Source: Squalus acanthias | Lineage: Eukaryota | NCBI GenBank assembly: GCA_030390025.1 | Contig: CM059431.1 | Location: forward strand, 116,872,001 to 116,936,000 | Length of the DNA: 64,000 nt | Direction of reading: 5' to 3' | Part shown: one piece after another, positions 11,230 through 21,746 of the stretch | Layout of the letters: every line of letters starts with the position of its first letter | How positions within the stretch are numbered: the stretch's first letter is position 1 | Translations under genes and position numbers: made by a program | Notes under the pieces: model-generated | Told to the model about the DNA's origin: nothing | Seen by the model: only the letters and a program-made list of their open reading frames with translations | The model's database searches: none

Positions 11230-11932
11230 CAGGGGGGGCAGTGGGGAAGAGTGGCTGCCGATAATCTCCTAGAAACATAATTCATCTGCTCTTTATTAGG
11301 TGGCTACAAAATGCAGGCATTATTTGTTAAATCTTTTGGGGGTCCAGAGAGACCTTGACCTAGCCCTGAACCCTCAGGAAGGCCCCACTTCTGCCGGATG
11401 GCAAGCCAATACGTCTACTCTTACTCAATGTACTAGCCTACTGCTCTTACACCAGGCCAAGGATGAGGAAACTCCTAGCTGGGGTGGGGAATCTGCTCCC
11501 CCAGCCTCTTACTTCAATATCCTTGTCTGGGATTTGTGGAGCCTCCATCCCAAATCAGGCCCTGAGGAAACTGCCAGTGAAGGCTGGGATCCAGTGTATC
11601 CAGGTGCAGGCCTAATCACCGGCATTTCGATTGCAGTGGAAGGACTGCACATTTTTGGCTCCAAGAACTCTTTTAAAGATGCAACTGTCTGAAGCCAATC
11701 TTTCAATCACATTATTTCATCTATATAAAGATATCAAATAAAAAAATTTAGTGGTGAATTTCCACTTGGATTCTCCTGCTCATCCATCGTAACTTCAACA
11801 GAGAAACAACAGAAACCCTGGAAGAATGGAGCAAATGGTGTTTACGCTGTGTTTCATGGGTTTCTACGGGTCATCTGCCAAAGTTACGGGAGAGGATCCA
11901 GAGAACCACTACGGAAATTCCCTCCCATAATA

Positions 11933-12525
11933 CAGAAACTTGCATCGAAACTTGGTTAAACCACACTTGGAGTACTGTGTACAGTTCTGGTTCCCATCTT
12001 GTAAAAAGGATATAGAGGCACTGGAGAGGGTGCAAAAAGGATTTACAAGGATGATACCAGAACTGCGAGGTTATACGGATCAGGAAAGGATGAACAGGCT
12101 GGGTCTCTTTTCTCTTGAAAAGAGACGGCTGAGGGGTGACCTAATAGAGGTCTTTAAAATCATGAAAGGTTTTGATAGAGTAGACTCAGAGAGAATATTT
12201 CCGCTTGTGGGGCGGAGCAAAACTGGAGGCCATCAATATAAGATCGTCACCAAGAAATCAAATAGGGAATTCAGAAGAAACTTCTTTACCCAGAGAGTTT
12301 TGAGAATGTGGAACTCGCTACCACAGGGAGTAGTTGAGATGAATAGTATAGACACATTCAAGGGGATGCTAGATAAACATATGCGGGAGCAGGGAATAGA
12401 GGGTTATGCTGATAGTTAGATGAGGAAGGATGGGAGGAGACTCAAGTGGGGCATAAACGCCAGCACGGACTGGTTGGACCGAATGGCCTGTTTCTGTGCT
12501 GTATATTCTATGTAATCCTATATAA
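11933..12525 (+). mobile_element. CR1 3' fragment
   Basis: ORF 11940..12419 (PHLEYCVQFW, RRLRGDLIEVFK, FFTQRV) followed by CR1 3' UTR and short repeat tail. Confidence 0.92.
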
Positions 12526-12674
12526 TCGATGAAATCTCTATTTTGGAGACATAATGGAGCATTACTTCATCACATCGCCTAAGGAATCAATAAAATCTCT
12601 TTAGCTTAGAAATAAGATCACTCATTTTAAATTTTGGAAGTACTTTCATTGGCAACTGCCGAAGTATCCCAATT

Positions 12675-12802
12675 AGAGAGAAAGAGAGAAAGAGAAAGAA
12701 AGAGAGAGAGAAAGAGAGAATAAGAGAGAGAAAGAGCGAGAGAAAGAAAGAGAAAGAAAGAAAGAGAGAGAAAGAGAGAGAAAAATAAATAAATAAATAA
12801 AT
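12675..12802 (+). repeat. Purine-rich microsatellite (AG/AAAG)n then (AAAT)n
   Basis: Read directly; adjoins a minus-strand SINE 3' remnant at about 12807-12849, so probably an expanded SINE tail. Confidence 0.9.
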
Positions 12803-13377
12803 GGATTCACGACCTCAGGATGTCCCAAAGCTCTTTACAGCCAATGAAACAGGATGGAAACAAAACACATTGAGAACAGTCTCAGATATTGTCGTCAAAT
12901 TAAGTAATGTATATTGTAATACATTTAATAAGCAGAATAATAAGTAACACACCTGACTGACTTTCCTGTTTTCTCTACAATTATGGGTAACGTCTATGGG
13001 GTTTTAAAAAGAACCATCAGGACATAAAAAACATTTAAGAACAGGAGAAGTGCATTAGGCCCAACAAGCCTATCGCTTTTTGATAGATGGGTGCCATCTA
13101 GTCCCAGATAGCTATATTCATTCTCTCTCCAGAAACACATCCATTATCTCTTGGACTCATTTAAACTGTTTGCTTCACTGGCCTCCCTCTGCTAAACTTA
13201 TTCCACAAGTCTTATTCTCTCTGCGTGATGTCCCTCTTACTCTGAACAAACGTATCTCCTTCTAAAGTCACATTTTTAAAAGGTAGCACCAGTTCTTTTC
13301 AGTTTAAAAAGATGATGAAAGATGGTGAAAGAAAAGTTGTTTGGAGTATGGAATGCTTTTCAGAGGGAATGATGCGG

Positions 13378-13577
13378 AGATGCCGGTGTTGGACTGGGGT
13401 GGACAGAAGTGAGAAGTCGCACAACACCAGGTTATAGTCCAACAGTTTTATTTGAAATCACAAGCTTTCGGAGCTGCTGCTCCTTCGTCAGGTGAAGGGG
13501 CAGCAGCTCCGAAAGCTTGTGTTTTCAAATAAAACTGTTGTGGACTATAACCTGGTGTTGTGCGACTTCTCACTTTT
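13378..13577. mobile_element. Penelope-like element terminal fragment forming an about 80-bp-arm inverted repeat, inside an old CR1 3' fragment
   Basis: Arms 13407-13486 and 13494-13575 are near-perfect reverse complements; contain ctgacgaa...gaaagcttg and aataaa, typical of vertebrate Penelope pseudo-LTRs. Confidence 0.8.
13458..13495 (-). ncRNA. Minimal type I hammerhead ribozyme motif (Penelope type)
   Basis: Minus strand: UCAC-CUGACGA-A-GGAGC(AGCA)GCUCC-GAAA-GCUU-GUGA; stem I UCAC/GUGA, 5-bp stem II, palindromic AAGCUU stem III region. Confidence 0.72.
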
Positions 13578-13920
13578 CTAGTTGGAGTTATTGAGGCAGA
13601 GGCAATTGCATCTTTTAAGGGAAGGACAGATACACATTTGAAGCAGAGGAAGATATAGGATTGTGGGTAGAGAGCAGAGCAATGGAAATACAACATTTCT
13701 GACAGTGCTGCACTCCATCGGAACTTAGCTAAAGTGCCAGCCTAGCATATAGAAGACCTGGACTGATGTTTTTTGTCTCAGAGGTGAGAGTGCTACCAAC
13801 TGAGCCAGCTAGTATGAAGGGCTGGGCAGCAGCAAGGGTCTAAAAGGCAAGGGTGAGCGGGGCTGGGGGGGTGGGCATGGAGGGGTTGAGGTAAAAGTGA
13901 ATGAAGGCTCACCAAAAATT

Positions 13921-14232
13921 TTAGAATAGGGTTTTTCTAGCACTTTTGGGAATCCTCAGTGCAGGAGTGGGAAAAAAAGCATTGATCAGCCATTTGATTG
14001 AGTTGGAGCAAGAGCGGCAGGTGGGGAGGGGAGAAAAGAGGGAAAAGGGCATCTTGGCACTCAGACTGACTGGAGAGGCAGAGGAGGGAGTGGGGAGCGG
14101 CAGTGGGGCAACTATCGGATGATAGGTCCAATCTTCAGAGGCCTCAGGCATGTGACACCAACTGCCTTGGAAATGAAGATTGGAGGACTCCAGTAAGTAT
14201 AATAGATATATAGGTGGGATTAAGCATGACAA
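13921..14232 (-). mobile_element. Probable degenerate L2 LINE fragment
   Basis: Pyrimidine-rich minus strand resembling the L2-like segment at 55130-55930; weak. Confidence 0.35.
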
Positions 14233-15159
14233 GCAGGTGTGGTGGAAATAGTATGATTGGAAAAGTATTACAGAAAGTACAGGTGATACTTACAGAAATA
14301 ATGTGCTACATGCAAGACTTAATATATAGATGATATTTAGTTTCTTGCACTTTAAAACATGTAGTGGTTGATTATCTTCAATGGGCGAATGGGGATATTT
14401 TTAAAAGTAGAATGTATTGCTTCTCTAAATATCTCTTTTGAAAATCCAGCATGTGCTATTGTCAGTCACGCACATAGATTAATGTTTTCATCTTGTATTG
14501 TGGCATGAAGGTACTTGATTTTGATATATTAAAAAAACGTCCCTTGTTTGCTGAACAATTTCCGTGTGACTTTAATAATTTTCAGCTGTCATTTCCAGGG
14601 CTGTACACTGCTCAACATCTCAGATTACGAGTTGGGAGATTAATGAAGGAGGCTGCAGAGTCCAACTCTGTCGCAACACAGCACATGCTTGAAAGGGCTC
14701 GCTGCTAATGAGTCCCTGTCCACCTATACATGTATCACTGTAAGATTAATCGTCCTAAGTGACATTTGTATTAAATAAAGAATTGGTTTGAAAACTTACC
14801 TCGCAGTAGCTGATGCAACTACACAGAGGATACTGAATGCCTGTCAGCATGTTACAGGGTGCTAATCTAAGTGATGAGGGCCAAGTTATAAACTGCTCAA
14901 GTTTACGTCTTAGGGGCTGCCAGGTATCAGAGCTTTCTGATTATTTTTCCACAGAAAAGATTTGAAAATAAGGGTTACTTTTAATTTTTTTGAAGCACAC
15001 TCTATTGTCAGAGGTGAGCCCAGTTCTGTCCAAGTGAAAGACAAAAAAAAAACTTTTGTAACTCCAGCGATCTTTCTTGAAAGTTCCTTCAGGGTGCATG
15101 CTCCAAAGTATGTTCTTTTTGCCAGTATCAACTGATGTCAACAAAAGGGTCTCCTATTC

Positions 15160-15310
15160 TCATAGAATCAGAGATTGATACAGCACAGGAGGCCATTTGT
15201 CCCATTGTGCCTGTGCCGGCTCTTTGAAAGAGCTATCCAATTAGTCCCACTCCCCTGTTCTTTCCCCATAGCCCTGTAAAATGTTTCCCTTCAAGTATTT
15301 ATTTATTTCC
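15160..15310 (-). mobile_element. CR1 3' UTR fragment
   Basis: catagaatc...cagcacaggaggccatt...tagtcccactcccc matches the minus-strand CR1 tails at 31549 and 37747. Confidence 0.75.
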
Positions 15311-16025
15311 ATTCATACATGGAGAGCACGAGGGGAACAATATGTCATGGAACCAACCAGGGAACAGGTTATTTTAGAGCTTGTATTGTGTAATGAGACA
15401 GGGCTAATTAGCAAACTAAAGCATCCTCTGGGGTAGAGTGATCATAATATGATAGAATTTCACGTTAAGTTTGAGAGTGACGTGCCTAAGTCCGAAACTA
15501 AAGTCTTAAACTTAAATAAAGCCAGTTACATAGGTATGAGGGGCGAGTTGGCTAAGGAAGATTAGAAAAATAGATTAAAAGGTATGGTGGTAATTAAGCA
15601 GTGGCTAGCATTTAAAGAACTATTTCATAATTCTCAGCAAAAATACATTCCATTGGGAAACAAAGGGGGAGAAATTCAGTATCGCCCCATTTGGGGCGCA
15701 ATTATTGGCCGGGCGCAAAGATTGGCGCCTGGCGCTAATTATCGCCTCCAACTGCAAACTTGACTTTTATCGCCCCTGGAGGTGATTGGAGCGCTAAATC
15801 AGGCACTGCACACCTGTCTTAAGGCGCAAAGGCTGAGGAGCGAGGCGTTAACTCAGAGCGCGGGCGCAGCGCAGGTGCTGTCAGTTAGTGATGGAACACA
15901 GACACACTGGCGCCGGACAGTTCTTAAAGGGGAGGGTCGATCTTGCACGCCAGCCACACCCTGCTCATTGGAGCCTTGAATCTCGGCCTGGAGAGACCTG
16001 TGCCTAAATCTTCCAGCCAAGGACT

Positions 16026-17792
16026 ATGGAGAGGGTGAGAGAACGAGCTCAGCACTTCAGCGAGCGGGCCTGGGATGCTCTGGTTGGCGCGGTGGAGCGC
16101 AGAAGATCTATACTCTTCCCTGAGAGAAGCAGGAGGCCTTTGCCGCGCGAGTACAGAAGAGTGTGGAGGGAGGTGGTTCAGAGCGTCTCCTCCAGGAGCA
16201 TGGTGCTCAGGACTCATATACAATGTCGAAAAAAGTTCAACGACCTCACTCGGATCGTCAGGGTGAGTGGCTTTTTTTCAATACCTCTCCATCCCTCCAT
16301 CTCAACCTCACTCTATGGCCAGAGGGTCTTAAAACCCCAATGCACAACACTCATCCAACACCTATGGCCCTCTCATGAAACACACACACACATTCAACAC
16401 TTTGCTTACAGTAAGGGCTATTCACCTATGGGAGGCACATCAGGCAAGACCATGGCTGTATATTTACTCAGACGCCGTCCTTTTTCTTGCAGGCCAAGCT
16501 ATCTCATAATAGGAGACAGCAGCAACGGACGGGTGGAGGGCAGCCTCAGCTGCAACCCCTCAGCGATCTTGAGGCGCGCGTCCACAGGGTTGTGGCAAGC
16601 CGGGTGATCGGTCCCGTCGCCACTGGAGACGCCGACCCCGTTCTGGACAGCAATGGTAAGGTCATCACCTTTTTGTCCTCTGTCCTTCCACTTGTCCCTC
16701 ACAACACCAGCCTTTGACACTTTCAATCCAACTTACTAAATCGCTGCACTCATTCCTCCCTTACTGCTCCCCTGTCCTCACACTAAAGCCACTCTTGTAC
16801 CTCCCTGCTTTCAGATGGTGATTCACCAGCTGAGAAGACGGGCCCTCAAGCTGCCAGTGGGAGTGAAGCTGCAGCCGAGGAGGAAGATGAAGGCGGAGCA
16901 TCAGCGCCACCCTCCCCCGAGGAAGCCCATGCCCACACTGGGAACACGCCTTCCCTGGAGGGGAGCAGGGGGGAAGGGTCTGATGAGGTTGAAGCTCCAG
17001 GACCCAGCGGGCTGCAGCAATGCCATGGGGGGTAGGGAAGCTTGGGGGCCTTCTCCCCGGAGGGAGAGGAGGCCAGCAAGTCCTACTGCACTGGATGCAG
17101 AGGAGGAGCGGCTCATCGCTGAAATGAACACCCAGGCGGTGGACATGCACACTGAGCTCATGGGTGCAGTGGGAAGGGTGCCCGAATGCATTGAATCACT
17201 GGCAAGGAGTGTGGAGCACTTCGCTGTAGCACAGGCGGATGCCACACTAAAGCTTAGTGCTGCAATTCAGTCACTGGGTGCCATGAACCCATCTCAGACT
17301 GCTCTCATGCAGACTCAGATTGAGGCCACGCGAGCACTGACTGCTACCATCCTCGATGGTTCGTACACATTTCCCCAGGGCTCTCACCGCGCCGCAGCAG
17401 GCCAGCAATCTGTGCTCCAGCAGATTTCTCCGGGTGCTGAAGTGCTGCCCCGTGGGAGTGCCAGTGTGTCGGTCGAGCAGGGAGTTGCTGTCCTCTCTCA
17501 AGATGACAGCATTCCTGCTGCCACCACTGTCACTTCTCCACTGCACTTGCCACCGCCTGTAGGACAGACTGCTGCTGCCCATGCAGAGTTGCTCCAGTCT
17601 GCAGCCGAGCCCTCCAGGCCCAGAGCTGGTCGAGGCCGACCTTCAAGGGCATCTGCAGTCTCAGGTTCTGACAATCAGCAGCCTTCCACCAGCCTTGCTG
17701 CAGCCACTGAGGTCCCATTACGGAGGAGCAGTAGGGTGGGAAGGGGGGAAGTGCACAAGGGAAGGAGATCACCCTCGAAGGGCAAAAAGTAG
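16026..17792 (+). CDS. Harbinger Myb/SANT-like partner protein, 3 exons (16026-16262, 16493-16655, 16815-17792), with a 1-nt frameshift in the G-run at 17027-17032
   Basis: Exon 1 FSERAWDALV...VWREV...QCRKKFNDL (trihelix/Myb_DNA-bind type); exon 2 RTGGG motif; splice sites agg|gtgagt, ttgcag|, g|gtaag, tttcag|; spliced frame meets TAG at 17033 while the helical C-terminus continues in +1. Confidence 0.85.
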
Positions 17793-18091
17793 GAGGTGTG
17801 ACAAAATGTTGGTCATTTTTTTATTAATGGCTGAGGTTCGTGATCAAACTTTTGAACATTATATCCAGGTTATGAGAACCAGTTATGTTAATGACTGTGT
17901 TTTTGTGTTTCTTTCTATTAGTTTGTCATGAGGAAATGACACACACAGAGTTTGTGAAATAAATAAGTATTTGTATTCAAAATGTACATGTTTGGTCTTT
18001 GGAATCATTGCTGCCTTGGCCGGCTTAGTGGTTGCGGGTTGGTTTCATTCATGTTGTTCTCAATGGCAGAAGCCATTTCCTCAGCAGGGGC

Positions 18092-19252
18092 CTAGAAGCG
18101 GCTTGCTATCAGCCGTTGACGGACGGCCCTTCCAGTTTCTACATTGTGGGCCTCCCTCCCGCCTTGGTGCTGCTGATGATCATCCTCCTCCTCTTCCTCC
18201 TCCTCTTCCTCCTCCTCCTCTGGTGGTGCTCTAAGGCCTGGTGGCATTGGCTGGGTCCTGAGGATTGCCAGGTTATGCAGCATGCAGCACACAACTACGA
18301 AGTGGGAAACTCGCTCAGGCGAGTACTGCAGGGCTCCTCCAGAATGGTCCAGACAGCGGAACCGTTGCTTGAGCACGCCGATTGTGTGCTCAACGATGTT
18401 CCTGGTAGCTTGATTGCTCTCATTGTACCGCAGCTCAGCAGGGGTGTTGGGCGTACGGAGCGGTGTCATCAGCCAGGTGCTCAGTGGATATCCCTTGTCC
18501 CCGAGAAGCCAACCAACCGGCTGATGCGGTGCCTGGAAAAGTTCTGCCACAGTAGTCTGGCGCAGGATGAATGCATCGTGGCAGCTGCCAGGATAGTGGG
18601 CATTGACAGCGAGTATCAGCTGTCTGTGGTCACAGACCAACTGAACGTTTAAGGAATGGAACCCCTTTCTGTTGCAGAAATCCTCGGCATTCTCATGCGG
18701 AGCACGCAAAGCCACATGCGTGCAGTCAATGGCGCCCTGCACCATGGGGAAGCCCGCTATCCTAGCAAAGCCCATTGCGCATTCTTGCTGCTTGTCTGGG
18801 GTCATGGGGAAAGAGATGTACTCTCGTCTCCTTTTAAAGAGGGCATTTGTGACCTGACGGATGCAGCAATGCACCGCGAACTGGGAGATATTGGCGATGT
18901 CCCCAGTAGCTGATTGAAATGAGCCAGTGGCATAAAAGTTCAGAGCCACTGTGATCTTCACTGCCACCGACAGAGACGTCCTGGACCTCAGTTGAAGCTG
19001 CAGATCTGGCTGCAGCAGATGGCAGAGCTCAGTGACTACCTCCTTGCTGAAGCGCAGCCTTCGCAAACACTTCTCCTCAGACATATTAATATATGTGAAT
19101 TGTTGGCGATATACCCTGGGAGGGTAAGGTCTCCTGTACAGAGGCCTGTTGGCCCTCCTCCGTCTGGCCATGATTGCCACTCTCTCTCTGCATCTCTGTG
19201 TCCTCCGATTCTGGTGGCGCAGGACGACGCCCCCAATCAGTGCAGCCCCCAT
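18092..19252 (-). CDS. Harbinger (HARBI1-like, DDE_Tnp_4) transposase, open frame
   Basis: [51 protein letters not shown], acidic tail; likely start MGAALIG at 19252 (ORF track extends to 19321). Confidence 0.95.
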   Translation of the reverse strand: MGAALIGGVVLRHQNRRTQRCRERVAIMARRRRANRPLYRRPYPPRVYRQQFTYINMSEEKCLRRLRFSKEVVTELCHLLQPDLQLQLRSRTSLSVAVKITVALNFYATGSFQSATGDIANISQFAVHCCIRQVTNALFKRRREYISFPMTPDKQQECAMGFARIAGFPMVQGAIDCTHVALRAPHENAEDFCNRKGFHSLNVQLVCDHRQLILAVNAHYPGSCHDAFILRQTTVAELFQAPHQPVGWLLGDKGYPLSTWLMTPLRTPNTPAELRYNESNQATRNIVEHTIGVLKQRFRCLDHSGGALQYSPERVSHFVVVCCMLHNLAILRTQPMPPGLRAPPEEEEEEEEEEEEDDHQQHQGGREAHNVETGRAVRQRLIASRF

Positions 19253-20949
19253 TGTCTCTTGGCAATCAAAGTTATGAAGGTCAAAAACCAAAGTACCTGC
19301 AAAGTTATGATCAGTAGCCAAAACTACCTCACACAGCGTTGACTCAATGCAGAAGTCTCTCTTTCTCTCTCTCTGAATCTCTCTCTCTCTCTCTCAGAAC
19401 GAGTGGTGCAAAAATGTCAACCACAGAGAAAGACAGGAAGAGGCCCCCTTTAAATAGCGCCCCCCCAGCCCCCCAGCGACTGGGGAGCGTTCCAGTCTTC
19501 CGGTCGTTGGTTGCACCAGGCGGAAAGGATGGGGGCGCAACTCAATTTCCGCTCCGGGGCACCACAAGGGCGTTGCACCCTCGTATGACATCAAGATCTG
19601 CGTGCGCAGGAGATCGCGGCGGTAAAGTTTAGCGCCACCGCAAAATGTCTAGTTAATTTTGCGAGTGGCACAAACATCGCTGCGCCTGGGCGCTAGTTGC
19701 TTTGCGCCCCATTAGCGCCCTCTTAAGGCGCTAACGGGAGGCGCAACCAACTGAATTTTTCCCCCAAAAACTCCACGGGAAAAGTGATCCATCCATGGCT
19801 AACTAAAGAAGTTAAGGGGAGCATTAGGTTGAAAGAAGAAGCTTATAATATTGCGAAGAATAATAGTAAGCCTGAGTATTGGAAGAGTTTCAGAAACCAG
19901 CAAAGGATGACCAAAAAATTGATAAAAAGGGAAAAAATAGAATGAGAGAAAACTAGCAAGAAATATAAAAACAGGTTGTAAGAGCTTCGACAAGTATGTA
20001 AAAAGGAAGAGAGTAGCAAAAGTAAATGTTGGTCCCTTAGAGGCTGAGACAGTAGAAATTATTATGGGGAATAAGGAAATGGCAGAAACGTTAAACAAAT
20101 ATTTTGTATCTGTCTTCACAGTAGAAGACACAAAAAGCATACTAAAAATGGTGGGGAACCAAGGGTCTAATGAGGGTGAGGAACTTAACGTAATTAATAT
20201 AAGTAGAGAAAAAGTACTAGAGAAACTAATGGGACTAAAAGTGGACAAATCCCCTGCACCTGACGTTCTACATCCTAGGGTTCCAAACGAGGTGGCTGCA
20301 GAGATAGTGGATGCATTGGTTTTGAGCTTCCAAAATTCCCTAGATTCTGGAACGGTCCCAGTGGATTGGAAGGTCGCAAATGTAACACCACTATTCAAGA
20401 GAGGAGGGAGAGAGAAAACAGAGAACTACAGGCCAGTTAGCCCGACATCAGTCATCGGGAAAATGCAGGAATACATTGTTAAGGAAGTGGTGTCATGGCA
20501 CTTAGAGAATCATAACATGATTAGGCAGAGTCAACATGGTTTTATGAAAGGGAATTCGTGTTTGACAAATTTATTAGAGTTTTTTGAGGATGTAACTAGC
20601 AGGGTAGATAAAGGGGAACCAGTGGATGTAGTATATTTGGATTTCCAAAAGGTATTTGATAAGGTGCCACATAAAAGGTTATTACACAAAATAAGGGTAC
20701 ATCGGGTTGGGATAATATAGTAGCATAGCTGGAGAATTGGTTAATGGACAGAAAACAGAGAGTAGGGATAAACGGGTCTTTTTCAGGTTGGCAGGCTGTA
20801 ACTGGTGGGGTGCCGCAAGGATCAGTGCTCGGGTCTCAGCTTTTTACAATCTATATTAATGACCCAGATGAAGGGACTGAGTATAATGTATCCAAGTTTG
20901 CTGATGTTACAAAGCTAGGTGGGACTGTAAGCTGTGAGGAGAACACAAA

Positions 20950-21746
20950 GGGGGTGAAATTCGGCTCCTTTGCACCTGCCGTTAGCGCCTCCAGGGGGCG
21001 CTAACGGGGCACAAAGGGGTTATCACCTGGGAGGGGACGAAAAAAGTACCTCCTGTGAAATTCGGTGGGGCGTTGCTAAGGCGCTACCCGATAGCACCGC
21101 GCCCCCACCGGTAGTGCCCCAGGCTGCCGCGCCTCCGGTGCTGATGTCATCGCTATGGCGGTGGCCCCTTAGCACCCCATTGCATCCCCTTACTGCCCCA
21201 CAGCAGGAATTTGGTTGTGCCCCATGAGGCTGCCATAGGCAGTGTCAGCGCCAGCCTCGCTGGGCCGACCTTCGCTCGCGGGGCGGTAGTTAAAGGGGAG
21301 GTGCAGCCATGACCCATCTTTTTTTGGCTGACCTCCAGGTCGGCCCTCCATAGTGTGCCGTGGCATGGTCCTGGCCGCCACCGCACAACCCGGCACCGCA
21401 TCTTGGCGCCGGGCTGCTGCCATGGCACCATGCCGTCCTGGTAGCCTTGTTGGGGCCATCGGAGGCCCTGCAGATTGCGCAGCGGCCCTCCCCTTTAACT
21501 GTAGGGGAGGGGAGTTGAAACGCAGCAGCACTCCACCGAGCCTCCGTGGGGCGCTGTCAATCATGCCCCGACGTCGCCTCGGTTACCACCCCACCAGGAA
21601 GTGGAGCGCCCGACATTGTGCTTTAATTCCTGGGCGGGGCAATAAGGCAAATTTCGCGGTGGGGGCGGGATATCTTTGCCAGGCGGAGATGTCCCGCCTC
21701 ACCAGTGTTACCGCCCCGAAACGGGGCGCGACCGAATTTCGCGCCC
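20950..21746. mobile_element. Harbinger family A MITE (797 bp, GC-rich)
   Basis: TIRs gggggtgaaattcgg / ccgaatttcgcgccc; AAA TSD at 20947-20949 and 21747-21749; CR1 frame restored on removal; ttagcgcc/ggcgctaa motifs. Confidence 0.92.

Larger units (their letters stand above)
15665..19765. mobile_element. Near-intact autonomous-type PIF/Harbinger transposon, family A (4101 bp)
   Basis: 16-bp TIRs gggggagaaattcagt / actgaatttttccccc (1 mismatch); AAA TSD at 15662-15664 and 19766-19768, confirmed by the restored CR1 frame; two convergent genes. Confidence 0.96.

Noticed and set aside
14800..14840. Possible minus-strand 41-nt host exon with gtaagt donor
   Set aside because: Weak acceptor, no recognisable peptide and no partner exons.
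16815..17025. ORF-track N-terminus MVIHQLRRR... as a real protein start
   Set aside because: The ATG directly follows a splice acceptor; the phase-1 spliced frame differs until the G-run frameshift.
18092..19321. Calling this the host gene HARBI1 (and 16026-17792 NAIF1/MSANTD)
   Set aside because: Both lie between TIRs with a TSD inside a CR1, and paralogous decayed copies are present; it is a transposon.
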